Shown here in pieces: positions 1 through 9,276 of a stretch of DNA of 64,000 nt. A program made the translations under genes and the position numbers. The notes beneath the pieces were generated by a model. It was not told where the DNA came from. It saw only the letters and a list, made by a program, of their open reading frames with translations, and did no database searches. Within the stretch, counting starts at the first letter, position 1. Each line of letters opens with the position of its first letter. The stretch spans positions 693 to 64,692 of the forward strand of contig JBHLJZ010000009.1 of the NCBI GenBank assembly GCA_048887165.1. Reading direction: 5' to 3'. Source of the stretch: Candidatus Hodarchaeota archaeon. GTDB taxonomy: Archaea; Asgardarchaeota; Lokiarchaeia; Sigyniarchaeales; SOKP01.

Positions 1-1
1 T

Positions 2-418
2 GAACGAAAGCCTACGTCAAGAAGTTTTCCATCCTGGCATGCTTATAATGTTACTTCTCAAGGCCTATTAATAGGATATTTTCTTAATTCATTATTAATA
101 ACAATTATAATCATGGGTTTTACTGTATTAGTCGCATTTTCTCGAATTCAATTAGGAGTGCATTATCCTAGTGACGTGATTGCAGGTTATTTGTTTGGTA
201 TTTTTGGATTTTTATTGTCAGTTGGAATTTTTGCTCCTTTATTAATAAGCTTAATAAGCATTATAGAATTTATAATAGGAATTGAAATATATTACCGGAT
301 GATTAATATTTATTTATTTCAAAATGTATGGTATTTTATTCTTTGTATTGGAGTAGTTATACTAATTATTTTATTTGCAACTTTTAAAAGAATAAAAGAA
401 ATATTTATTAAATCATAA
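2..418 (+). CDS. PAP2-superfamily phosphatase, C-terminal part (5' end outside window)
   Basis: Frame 2 is open from base 2 (ERKPTSRSFPSWHAYNV...), upstream of the Met at 113. It carries PAP2 motif-2-like SFPSWH and motif 3 SRIQLGVHYPSD, followed by hydrophobic TM segments. Confidence 0.7.
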   Translation, partial: ERKPTSRSFPSWHAYNVTSQGLLIGYFLNSLLITIIIMGFTVLVAFSRIQLGVHYPSDVIAGYLFGIFGFLLSVGIFAPLLISLISIIEFIIGIEIYYRMINIYLFQNVWYFILCIGVVILIILFATFKRIKEIFIKS

Positions 419-443
419 AATTAAATCATAAAATTGTATAAGT

Positions 444-1694
444 TTAAAGATTAAGTTTTTTCTTCTTTTCAAATAATTGTTTTAACTCATCTAAGACTTG
501 CATTCTAGAATCTCCACGACGAGATGCTAATCCCTGTTGATTAGGATTTTGAATTTCGATAGGAATTCCACTCTGGGCGACCTGAAATGCTCCACTCTCA
601 ATTGCTCTTAATCTCGTATCTAATTCATTCAGCTGTCTAGAGATACTTTCAGAAAGGCGAATAACAGCATTCATAGTTTCTTCCAAGGTTTTTCCTAACC
701 CCTCAACCTTTCTTAATGTTGGATTTGTCAGCGAATCTACTGATTTCATTACATCTTTAATATATTTCGAAAATTGAGGTTCATTTGAAATTAATGAAAA
801 AATTGATGTGAGATACGCTTCATAATCAAATCCATGTTGATTTAATAAAGTATTTAAATTATCTTTTAGGAGCTCAATATTAAGAAGAATTTCAGGATCT
901 CGTTTTAGATCTGGATCATATTTATGAATATAAATTAAGATAAATGGGTTTTCCTCTAAAATATTTAAAATTTCTAATACTTCTTCAAAATATTCAAAAG
1001 ATTCAGCATATCTATCTGAATCTTGCACATCAATTACGTATATTAATAAATCTAATTGTAAAAAATACTTTTCTGGATTTTCAAGATACTTGTTTCGATA
1101 TTTTAATTGACCTCCCATATCCCATATAAATAAATCTAACTCAGATTCCTCTGTTTTGATGAAATGCCGAACAACACCTTTGGTTGGCTTTAATGATGCT
1201 AAGTCTGTTATTCCTAATTTTCCTCCAAATTTAGTTAAGATTGCTGTTTTTCCCGCATTATCCAAACCAATAACTACAACTTTTTGCGCAATTTTTTCAA
1301 TATCTTCTTGTTCTTCTTTTATATTTGCAATAATTGAACTTATCGTAATAGCTTTTTTCAGATTTTTTTCTAAGTCAGGATTTTGTTCTATTAGAGTTTC
1401 TAACTTTTCATTCAACTTTTCCTGTAATTCGGCTGCTTTTATGGGATCTTTTGTAGATTCAATGTTCTTTAACCTTTCAAAAGGGTTTTCTTTATCCAAT
1501 TTTGAGGCTTCCTCTATATTAGAGACATCTAATAGCTCTTTTAATACTTTTGCTTCGCTTTTTTCTAAAAATTTGTAGGAATATATTGGAAGTTTTAACA
1601 CGTCCTCTAATAGCTTTAAATTCTTAGTTTTTACTACGCTAGAATCTAGAAATTTAGAAAAAATGCTGATTATATTAGTTATATCCGTTGTCAT
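444..1694 (-). CDS. Arf-family small GTPase core with long N- and C-terminal helical/coiled-coil extensions
   Basis: Residues ~138-300 carry the P-loop VVVIGLDNAGKT (Arf signature GLDxAGKT), a G2 Thr (KPTKG), switch II WDMGGQ, and HKYD in place of NKxD. About 135 aa N-terminal and 110 aa C-terminal are charged helical sequence. Confidence 0.75.
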   Translation of the reverse strand: MTTDITNIISIFSKFLDSSVVKTKNLKLLEDVLKLPIYSYKFLEKSEAKVLKELLDVSNIEEASKLDKENPFERLKNIESTKDPIKAAELQEKLNEKLETLIEQNPDLEKNLKKAITISSIIANIKEEQEDIEKIAQKVVVIGLDNAGKTAILTKFGGKLGITDLASLKPTKGVVRHFIKTEESELDLFIWDMGGQLKYRNKYLENPEKYFLQLDLLIYVIDVQDSDRYAESFEYFEEVLEILNILEENPFILIYIHKYDPDLKRDPEILLNIELLKDNLNTLLNQHGFDYEAYLTSIFSLISNEPQFSKYIKDVMKSVDSLTNPTLRKVEGLGKTLEETMNAVIRLSESISRQLNELDTRLRAIESGAFQVAQSGIPIEIQNPNQQGLASRRGDSRMQVLDELKQLFEKKKKLNL

Positions 1695-1915
1695 TGTAAT
1701 TTTTAATTTACTTTTTTAATATATTATTAAAATGAATTTTTTATTATTATTTATTAAGCTTTTTAGATAATAGTTAAATAGATTAAGATTTAAATCTTCA
1801 CTACCAAGATTTAATTAGATCAAAATTTAAATATATATTTTATTTTAAATACTATACGAAGAGAAAATAATTCCAATAAGATTAAATAATTATTTTGTTA
1901 GTTTAAATAGTTTTA

Positions 1916-2836
1916 ATGCCACCAAAATTTGAAGAAAATGGGTTTTTTGACGAGAAAGAAGAAGAATCGTGTTGTGATTCACCTAAGATTTCAGAAGAAG
2001 ACGGATATTATGTTTGTTTAAATTGTGGTTCTGTTTATAGTCGAATTCTTGATGATTCGCCGCGTAGAGCTTTTACTCAGGAAGAAATCCAGAAAAGGAA
2101 AAGCAATGAGAGGGTCTATAGTCCAATTGGGCCACGTACAATCATTAGGGGTAGTCGTGATGCTCGGGGGACATTGTTAAGTCCAAAATATAAATCAAAA
2201 TTTAATAGATTAGCTAAGATTCATAGATCTCTTACCACTAGTTATGAACGGAATTTATGGATAGCTTTACCGAATTTACAGAGATTACAAAAAAGATTAG
2301 GGATTCCAGATACCGTTGCTGAAGATGCCCTTAGAATTTACACTCAAACTGTTAAAAAAAAATTAACTATGGGACGTAGCATTGATACATTATTATCAGC
2401 TTCAATATTTTGTGCTTTAAGGGTTCATGGAATTCCTCGTACAGTCGAAGAGATAACTAAAGTGGCCCAGATTCCTAAAAAGAAGGTTATTAAAAGCTAT
2501 AGACTGATTTTAATGGAAGTTTTACCTAATCTAAATCTAAAAGTTAAGCACTTCACCCCAGATCGTTATGTAGACAAATTTAATGATGAATTAAAGCTTT
2601 CCATGCAATGTAGAAATATAGCTGTAAAACTAATAGAAACGGCAAAAGAGAATGGATTTAATTCTGCTGGAAAAGATCCGAAAGGTATTGCCGCGGCAGC
2701 AATATATATAGGCTCAAAAATGTGTAATGAAAATCGAACTCAAAAAGAGATTAGCAAATTAGCAAGAGTTACTGAAGTTACTTTAAGAATGAGAGTAAAA
2801 GACCTTCAAAAATTTGCCAATATGGTTAAACTGTAA
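1916..2836 (+). CDS. tfb: Transcription initiation factor B (TFIIB homologue)
   Basis: N-terminal Zn ribbon CCDSPKI...VCLNCGSVY. Two cyclin-fold repeats (ASIFCALRVHGIPRTVEEI and GIAAAAIYIGSKMCNENRTQKEIS). 306 aa. Confidence 0.9.
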   Translation: MPPKFEENGFFDEKEEESCCDSPKISEEDGYYVCLNCGSVYSRILDDSPRRAFTQEEIQKRKSNERVYSPIGPRTIIRGSRDARGTLLSPKYKSKFNRLAKIHRSLTTSYERNLWIALPNLQRLQKRLGIPDTVAEDALRIYTQTVKKKLTMGRSIDTLLSASIFCALRVHGIPRTVEEITKVAQIPKKKVIKSYRLILMEVLPNLNLKVKHFTPDRYVDKFNDELKLSMQCRNIAVKLIETAKENGFNSAGKDPKGIAAAAIYIGSKMCNENRTQKEISKLARVTEVTLRMRVKDLQKFANMVKL

Positions 2837-2842
2837 AAATTT

Positions 2843-5800
2843 TTATTTTAAATTTAAGTCGATATCTATAAAGATTTTTTCTTGTTCAAATAATGGTAAT
2901 ATTTCTAACAAATCTCGGATTTTGGGAGAAAATTTTTCAATCTTATACAAAATCACATCAAGAATGAAGATAATACACCTAATGAAGTAAGTATCTTCAA
3001 CCAATTTTTTATTTAAGCCTAAGGAATTTAAGACTTCGTTTATATTTGTTCTTATTAATACAGTTAATACACCTGCTTTCAAAAGTGCTAAACCATGAAG
3101 AAGTAGCAAAAGGGAGCTAATTTGAAAATCTTGTCTTCTTGACATAGATTTAGCTAATTCAAGATATTTTTCTCCTGCCACCTTAAATTGGTTATTCTCA
3201 AGGAGAGTTAAAACCTCTTTATATAAAAGTCTTTTCATAGCACTTCGTTTATTTAATATTTCAAGCCTTTCTCTTCTTATATCCCCCATTTGTTGTTTTA
3301 AATAGGCATATTTTTGTTCTTGTTCAACCATTATTCTATTTTTTTCTCCTTTTTCTTCTCTTGATAAGATTTCCTTTTCTTCTAATACTCCTTGCTTTCC
3401 CGGTAAAAAGGATTCTATGAGGTCTAGTTCTGGTTCTTCTAAAGCTAATTTTTCAAGAAAGCCTGTAATTGCTAATTCAATTAAATCATCCATATTATTC
3501 TCTATAATAAAAAATATTTCTTTCATCAACTGAATTTCTGGTAAATCTTCAAAATCACTTTTATATTTTTCAAATTTGCTTAATTTATCAAAAAAAGTTG
3601 ACTTTGCTATTGCTATATCTTTTAATTTTAGCAATATAAATGTTGCTAAAATTAAACTTATAGCTGCTTGTTTAAAGAATTTTTTATCTATGAGAGTGTT
3701 GATTGTATCTAAATAATCTTTTGCGGCCATAGTCAATTTATTATTTGATAAATCCTCTATTGCTAATCGCCAATATTGATTTTTCATTAGTTTTCTTTTT
3801 GCAATATCTTGCTTCTCTTTACGAATTTGATCTGCCAAATTTTTTATAGCTTCTGTTATATTTTTGACTTCTAAAATGTCTAATTCTTTTTTCTCTTTTT
3901 TATAGGCTTTACCAACAAAATCATAGAGTAATTTAACTTCTTCCTCAAAGAGGGGTAAATTTTCAAAAAATAGCAAAGATTCCTTAAATTTAGTATCATC
4001 TTGGAATTTTCTTATATCAAGAATATATTCTATTAAAGTAACGGGGTAAGTTTCTGAAAATGATTTACCTAAACCAGATAATTCTTTTTTTGTATTTATT
4101 AACATTTTATTAACTTCGTTAATTTTGCCTTGGATGATTAAAATTAAAGATAATATCGCTAATGATACTCCAGCTAAATTATATAGTTTAATTTTTATTA
4201 AGCGATCAATGCTTTCTCGATATTTTTTTATAGCATCTTCTAATTCTTTTTTTACTAAATTATCTATAGCTTCTGTAAAATAACTTCTCTTTAAAGCCCT
4301 TCTTTGTTTTAATTCACGTTCTCTCTCATTCAATGCATCCCTTGTTCTTTTTTGAATAATAGAAAACTTTTCTTTAAGTATTTCTCCTTTATAAATATCT
4401 TTAACCTTTTTTGATTCTGCTTCTATTTTAGCTGCTTCTGCTTTAGTAATACTTTTATGTAATTCTGTTTGGATCCATTTATCCTCTATCAGATCATTAA
4501 TTGCATTTGCAGTAGACAAATCTTCTAAGTTAATATAAATTTCTGTTATTTTTTTATAAATATCATCTACGTTTATTTTATCTTTTTCAAGATAAGCAGA
4601 AGATATATCAATTGCTTTTTTAATGAGGGTTATTGCTTTATTTATTCCCTGTTCATTTTCTTGGATATTTACAGTTCGAATAGCTTCTTCTTTTATTACC
4701 CCGATATAAAGCTCACTAAGTTCTTTAGATTGTTCATATAGCATTTGATCTCTATAAATTCTACTTGCATTGGCGAATGTTCTATCATTTTTATCAAAAT
4801 CTCCTTCTTCTCTTAAATCTTTTAACATTTTAATAAAAACAGGGAATTTTTTTTCTAAGTAAACTTTTTTAGTTCCTTCAGTTAGATCAAAATAGAGAGA
4901 GAAAAATTCATCAAATTTTTTGCCTACCAATAAAACGTCCAAAGCCTGGGTAAGAAGCTGATTTTGATCGTCATATTTTCCTATATTTTTTAAAAAATCA
5001 GCTTGAATTTTAATTCGATCCGCTGCTTTTAAATAATCATTACTTTCTATTAGAATATTAGCCTCTTTAATTATTTGAGTATTTATTTCTGTTATGATTT
5101 TTTGTTCTTCCCCTAAAAAGTCATATATAATATTTACTCCTCTCTGAATATTCTCAGTAATTTCTCGCTTTCTTAATTCTTTACTTTTCTCTTCCGCGAT
5201 TAAACTTTCTTTCGTCAGCTTCTTCTTTAAAGATAACGAGTTTAATTTATTAATTAAGTTTGAAGCCATACCAAAATTGTATATCTCTAAAAATAATCTT
5301 ATTAGTTTAGCCAATAATTTATCAATGTCTTTTTTTTTCACTCCATAAGATTCCCATAAATTTTCTATTTCATCAAAGGTCTGTTTGGCAGCGTATTTTT
5401 CTTCATTATTAATTTGAATTTCTAAAATTCGTGCTAAAACCTCAACTAATTTAGGTGTAAACTGATCTACAATTTCGAAAAGTCCTTCTTTTTGGTAAAC
5501 TGCAATTGATTGATATAGTTGATCCTTAGCACTAAAATAATTTTCAATACTAACGAGATAATCAACTGCTGCTAAAATCTTGTTAGAAATTTCATTTAAA
5601 ATTATAATAATTCCTTCATGAGGTAAGCTATTAACCACTTGAAACGCTTTTTCGACGTTGCAAGCAGATACCCAAGCATTTATAGAATTTCTAAATGCTT
5701 CATTTCTTAAACTTCGGTCTCTAATTTCTATTGCTGCAAATTGAGCAGCAGCTAAATATTGTACAGCAGCTTGATCATATAATTTTTTGTTAAATAGGCG

Positions 5801-6574
5801 ATGTCCCTCAGAATTCATATGTGCTATATGTAATTTTTTAAAGTTTTCAGATTTTTTCTTGTCTATCTCTTCTAAAATCTTAGACGCTTCTAAATATAAA
5901 TTAACTTTCGAAAAAAGGATCGCAGATTGCTCACTAATTATATAATATTCTTGCTTATTAAAAATTTCTGCGATCAAACCTGCCTTTTTTATCGCATGTG
6001 CAGCATAGTAATATTCTTTCTGCTTAAAATATATGTTTGCTAATTGAATATAGATTGGAAATCTCATCCAAGCATTTTCAATGTTTAAGGGAGTATCTCC
6101 AGTAATCATTGCCATACATAAACATTCAATAGCTTGGTGAAAATCTCTCGGAGGTAAATTAACAAAGGCTTCTAAATGAGGATATTTTATCCAAAGATTT
6201 TCTAATAATTCATTAATTGATATGGGTAATAACCCATCTTGATTATAATACATAATAACTGTCGGGATATTTCTCTTTACGGAGTCAATAATAGGTATAA
6301 GAATTTCAAAAAATTCATTCTCTTCTTGTTTTAAAGGATTTAAAAAGTAAATAATTCCATCAACTATAGGTATTACTTCATCAAATTCAGCTTTAATAAC
6401 ATTTGTTATACAATCTATTTCCAAATCACAAACATCTTCAAAAACGTTAAATTCTTTATACCATTCAATATAAGACTCCTTAAATTCTCCTCCTTCTTGA
6501 AATGATATCACGCAGTATTGAGAAATTGCCTCAACGTCCAATCCAAACACTAAAACTTTAAAGATATAACGCAT
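2843..6574 (-). CDS. 1243-aa protein: degenerate Arf-like (pseudo-GTPase) N-domain plus long helical-repeat (TPR/solenoid-like) and coiled-coil body
   Basis: N-terminal ~170 aa parallels the neighbouring Arf core. KVLVFGLDVEAIS matches KVVVIGLDNAGKT, VDGIIYFLNP matches LDLLIYVIDV, and TVIMYYNQD matches ILIYIHKYD. It lacks GK[ST] and DxxGQ. The rest is uniformly helical, amphipathic and repeat-like. Confidence 0.55.
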   Translation of the reverse strand: MRYIFKVLVFGLDVEAISQYCVISFQEGGEFKESYIEWYKEFNVFEDVCDLEIDCITNVIKAEFDEVIPIVDGIIYFLNPLKQEENEFFEILIPIIDSVKRNIPTVIMYYNQDGLLPISINELLENLWIKYPHLEAFVNLPPRDFHQAIECLCMAMITGDTPLNIENAWMRFPIYIQLANIYFKQKEYYYAAHAIKKAGLIAEIFNKQEYYIISEQSAILFSKVNLYLEASKILEEIDKKKSENFKKLHIAHMNSEGHRLFNKKLYDQAAVQYLAAAQFAAIEIRDRSLRNEAFRNSINAWVSACNVEKAFQVVNSLPHEGIIIILNEISNKILAAVDYLVSIENYFSAKDQLYQSIAVYQKEGLFEIVDQFTPKLVEVLARILEIQINNEEKYAAKQTFDEIENLWESYGVKKKDIDKLLAKLIRLFLEIYNFGMASNLINKLNSLSLKKKLTKESLIAEEKSKELRKREITENIQRGVNIIYDFLGEEQKIITEINTQIIKEANILIESNDYLKAADRIKIQADFLKNIGKYDDQNQLLTQALDVLLVGKKFDEFFSLYFDLTEGTKKVYLEKKFPVFIKMLKDLREEGDFDKNDRTFANASRIYRDQMLYEQSKELSELYIGVIKEEAIRTVNIQENEQGINKAITLIKKAIDISSAYLEKDKINVDDIYKKITEIYINLEDLSTANAINDLIEDKWIQTELHKSITKAEAAKIEAESKKVKDIYKGEILKEKFSIIQKRTRDALNERERELKQRRALKRSYFTEAIDNLVKKELEDAIKKYRESIDRLIKIKLYNLAGVSLAILSLILIIQGKINEVNKMLINTKKELSGLGKSFSETYPVTLIEYILDIRKFQDDTKFKESLLFFENLPLFEEEVKLLYDFVGKAYKKEKKELDILEVKNITEAIKNLADQIRKEKQDIAKRKLMKNQYWRLAIEDLSNNKLTMAAKDYLDTINTLIDKKFFKQAAISLILATFILLKLKDIAIAKSTFFDKLSKFEKYKSDFEDLPEIQLMKEIFFIIENNMDDLIELAITGFLEKLALEEPELDLIESFLPGKQGVLEEKEILSREEKGEKNRIMVEQEQKYAYLKQQMGDIRRERLEILNKRSAMKRLLYKEVLTLLENNQFKVAGEKYLELAKSMSRRQDFQISSLLLLLHGLALLKAGVLTVLIRTNINEVLNSLGLNKKLVEDTYFIRCIIFILDVILYKIEKFSPKIRDLLEILPLFEQEKIFIDIDLNLK

Positions 6575-6785
6575 AGAATAATCTTCCGTTTTTTTTGTAT
6601 TATAATATAATGAGATATCTCAATAAGAAATTTCTCTTTATTGCATCAAACTCTTCAAATCTTTAAAAATATCAATATTATTAAAAGCTTTAAAAATTTT
6701 TTACCTTTATTTAAATAAATTATTTAATAGTATATTTAAATAATAGAATCTTTTATTAAAAATTCTAATTAAGTGAGATCTTGTT

Positions 6786-7448
6786 TTGGATTATTTGGAA
6801 AGGAATTATAAAATTGTTCAGGAAAGAATGATACAGCAAATGGAGAATTCCCTCGAATTAGGAAAAAGTTTAATCGATACTGAACTAGATATGGGAATTC
6901 TAAATTTCCTAATTAGACCTATAGTTAAAGCATTTTATGAGTATTGGGCTCAAAATGATGCACGATCCGGTACTTTAAAACAGATTAAAATTACCTTAGA
7001 TTCCGGAAAAAGACTATTACTTGAGGGAAATTCAGATGAAAATTTTAATAAAATACTTGAAGAAAATTTTCCTAAATATTTTAAGGCTGATCAAACTTCA
7101 CTTCAATGTAATAAAAAACATAAGAATTATAAAAGATTGAAACAGGTGGCGAAGGAGACTTTTATCAATTATCTTAAGGAATTAAAAATACTTCTCAGTG
7201 TTAATGAAGATGTGAATGATTATGGTGATTTATGTAGAGTAGCATTTAGGAATCAAGAAGAGGCTAAAAAAAATTTAATGAAACAAATCCATTATACTGA
7301 TGAAGGAATTAAAATCATTGAAGAAGATCCATCAATACTTAACATCGCAGTCGGAAGAAACTTAATTGTAAAAGCATTAAGAAAAGGTTTCGAACAAACA
7401 AAAAAAGATTTTACTGAAGCGCTTAATGATACATATAATCAAAAATAA
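6786..7448 (+). CDS. Hypothetical protein, tandem paralogue A (unknown family)
   Basis: 220-aa ORF with a TTG start. About half its positions are identical to the next ORF along the full length (DYLERNYKI, GKSLID.ELD.G.LNF, GTL.QIKITL, QC.K.HKNY, GRN.I.K.LRKGFE.TKK). Confidence 0.7.
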   Translation: MDYLERNYKIVQERMIQQMENSLELGKSLIDTELDMGILNFLIRPIVKAFYEYWAQNDARSGTLKQIKITLDSGKRLLLEGNSDENFNKILEENFPKYFKADQTSLQCNKKHKNYKRLKQVAKETFINYLKELKILLSVNEDVNDYGDLCRVAFRNQEEAKKNLMKQIHYTDEGIKIIEEDPSILNIAVGRNLIVKALRKGFEQTKKDFTEALNDTYNQK

Positions 7449-7511
7449 TTAAACTATTAATTTTTAAAATATTCTATTATATAGCTTATAAAAATAGGCG
7501 GAGATTAGAAA

Positions 7512-8171
7512 GTGGATTACTTGGAAAGAAATTACAAAATTCTGGAAGAAAAAATGATTGATCAGATGAATATTTCCCTTGGTTATGGAAAATCTTTAAT
7601 TGATTCAGAATTAGATGCGGGAGTATTAAATTTTGTAGTTAAACCAGTTGTTAAATCGTTTTATAAATATTGGTCTGACAAAGATGCCAGTATAGGTACT
7701 CTCGAACAAATCAAAATAACCTTAAACTCAGCTAAAGAATTTTTAGTAAGTGGGGATGGCTCAAAAGAACAATTGGATAAAATTGTTGATCGAAATTTTC
7801 CTATTTACTTAGAGAATGACCAAACAGATAGACAATGTAAAAAAGATCATAAGAATTATCCTGAATTGAAAAGAATCACTAAAAAATGTTTTATTACCCA
7901 GGTTGAAGAAAGTATTTTATTTTTGAAAGTAAAGGATGAAATTAATGATTATAACGAATTATCTAGGGCGACATTTCATACAAAAGAAAAAGCTTATCAA
8001 GCTTTAAAGCGTCAATTAGATTATAATGACGCAGGTATCTCAATTGTGGAGAAAGATGATTCGATTTTAAAAGTACCAACAGGAAGAAATATAATATTAA
8101 AAGTTTTACGTAAAGGATTTGAGCTCACTAAAAAAAAATTAATTGAAGAATTGGATTTGATAATTAGTTAA
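7512..8171 (+). CDS. Hypothetical protein, tandem paralogue B (unknown family)
   Basis: 219-aa ORF with a GTG start preceded by GGCGGAG. Collinear paralogue of 6786..7448. Confidence 0.7.
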   Translation: MDYLERNYKILEEKMIDQMNISLGYGKSLIDSELDAGVLNFVVKPVVKSFYKYWSDKDASIGTLEQIKITLNSAKEFLVSGDGSKEQLDKIVDRNFPIYLENDQTDRQCKKDHKNYPELKRITKKCFITQVEESILFLKVKDEINDYNELSRATFHTKEKAYQALKRQLDYNDAGISIVEKDDSILKVPTGRNIILKVLRKGFELTKKKLIEELDLIIS

Positions 8172-9259
8172 TGGTTTCTAATTTTTCCAATGCTATGCCA
8201 GAATTAAACGTTAAAAAGAATAAGAAAAATGTTCTAAGAACAATTTTTATGAACATTTTAATAGTTATTTTTATTGTTATGTGTTACTTCTATCTTTCAG
8301 AAGCAATTGGCTCAATCTCTTATTATTATATTATTGAAACTGAATTTTCAATAATATTTGGTGGAACTCTATTTCTTTTTACATTTTTTTCCGTTTTAGC
8401 AGGTCCAATTCAATCCTTAATTTCTGGTTTTTTAGCAGAATTGTTTTATCAAATTATATTTTATAGATTTATCTATTTTGAATGGTGCATTATAGTCGGT
8501 TTATATGGTTTAATTTGTGGTATATATAGATACAAACCGTTGAAATATCATGAGAGTATGAAAATCTATTATACTTTCCTAATTTTAGTTATCGCATCTT
8601 TTATTTTGACTTTTTTAATTATTATTATCCAAGCTACTACTATGAATTTTGGTTTGAATTTCGAAGAAATATTTGTTAATTTTGGATTCAAATTCATAAT
8701 ACAGGCATTAATTTCAACTACTTTTTTGGTTCCTCTCTGCCTAGTAATTTATGATAGAATATTATCATCTAAAGAACGTTATTTATATTATTTATTGCTG
8801 ACACATCATCCTATTTCAGCAAGTGATCATACTTTTTATTTTCAATTTGGAAGAACTAAGATATTTTTTTGTTCACGATGCTCAGGAGTGATAATTGGGG
8901 GAATACTTGCAGTGTTCTTTACTCATTTAATTGAATTGTTTTATGGTACAATGATTAATGCTGAAATAGCTTTATTGGTAATCATTTTTTTCCCAATCCC
9001 AGGTTTAATAGATTGGGGCACTCAAAGATTATTATTAAGGAAAAGTACAACGGAATCCCGTTTATTAACTGGATTTATAATAGGAGTTGCACTACATTTT
9101 CTCACTTTCACCTATAATTATTATTTTATAACAATTTTCTTAATTACATTATATTTTGGAATCCTTTTCCTACTGATTTATTTAGGTCATAAAAAAGAAA
9201 TGAAAAAGTTAAGCCAGAAAATGGATCAATTATCGTCGGAAGAAATTAATGAAATATAA
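8171..9259 (+). CDS. Polytopic membrane protein; C-terminal half DUF2085-like
   Basis: The ATG overlaps the upstream stop (TAATG at 8169-8173). About 10 hydrophobic segments. The C-terminal half has the DUF2085-type motif HTFYFQFGRTKIFFCSRCSGVIIGG. The N-terminal half is Gly-rich TM helices (ECF-S-like; weak). Confidence 0.6.
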   Translation: MVSNFSNAMPELNVKKNKKNVLRTIFMNILIVIFIVMCYFYLSEAIGSISYYYIIETEFSIIFGGTLFLFTFFSVLAGPIQSLISGFLAELFYQIIFYRFIYFEWCIIVGLYGLICGIYRYKPLKYHESMKIYYTFLILVIASFILTFLIIIIQATTMNFGLNFEEIFVNFGFKFIIQALISTTFLVPLCLVIYDRILSSKERYLYYLLLTHHPISASDHTFYFQFGRTKIFFCSRCSGVIIGGILAVFFTHLIELFYGTMINAEIALLVIIFFPIPGLIDWGTQRLLLRKSTTESRLLTGFIIGVALHFLTFTYNYYFITIFLITLYFGILFLLIYLGHKKEMKKLSQKMDQLSSEEINEI

Positions 9260-9276
9260 TTAATTTTTATGAAGTC

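Noticed and set aside
944-1578. Two plus-strand ORFs (944..1129, 1156..1578) in the track
   Set aside because: They lie entirely antisense to the Arf-like GTPase gene. Their products are low-complexity F/S/I-rich sequence typical of the reverse frame of an AT-rich gene, with no motifs.
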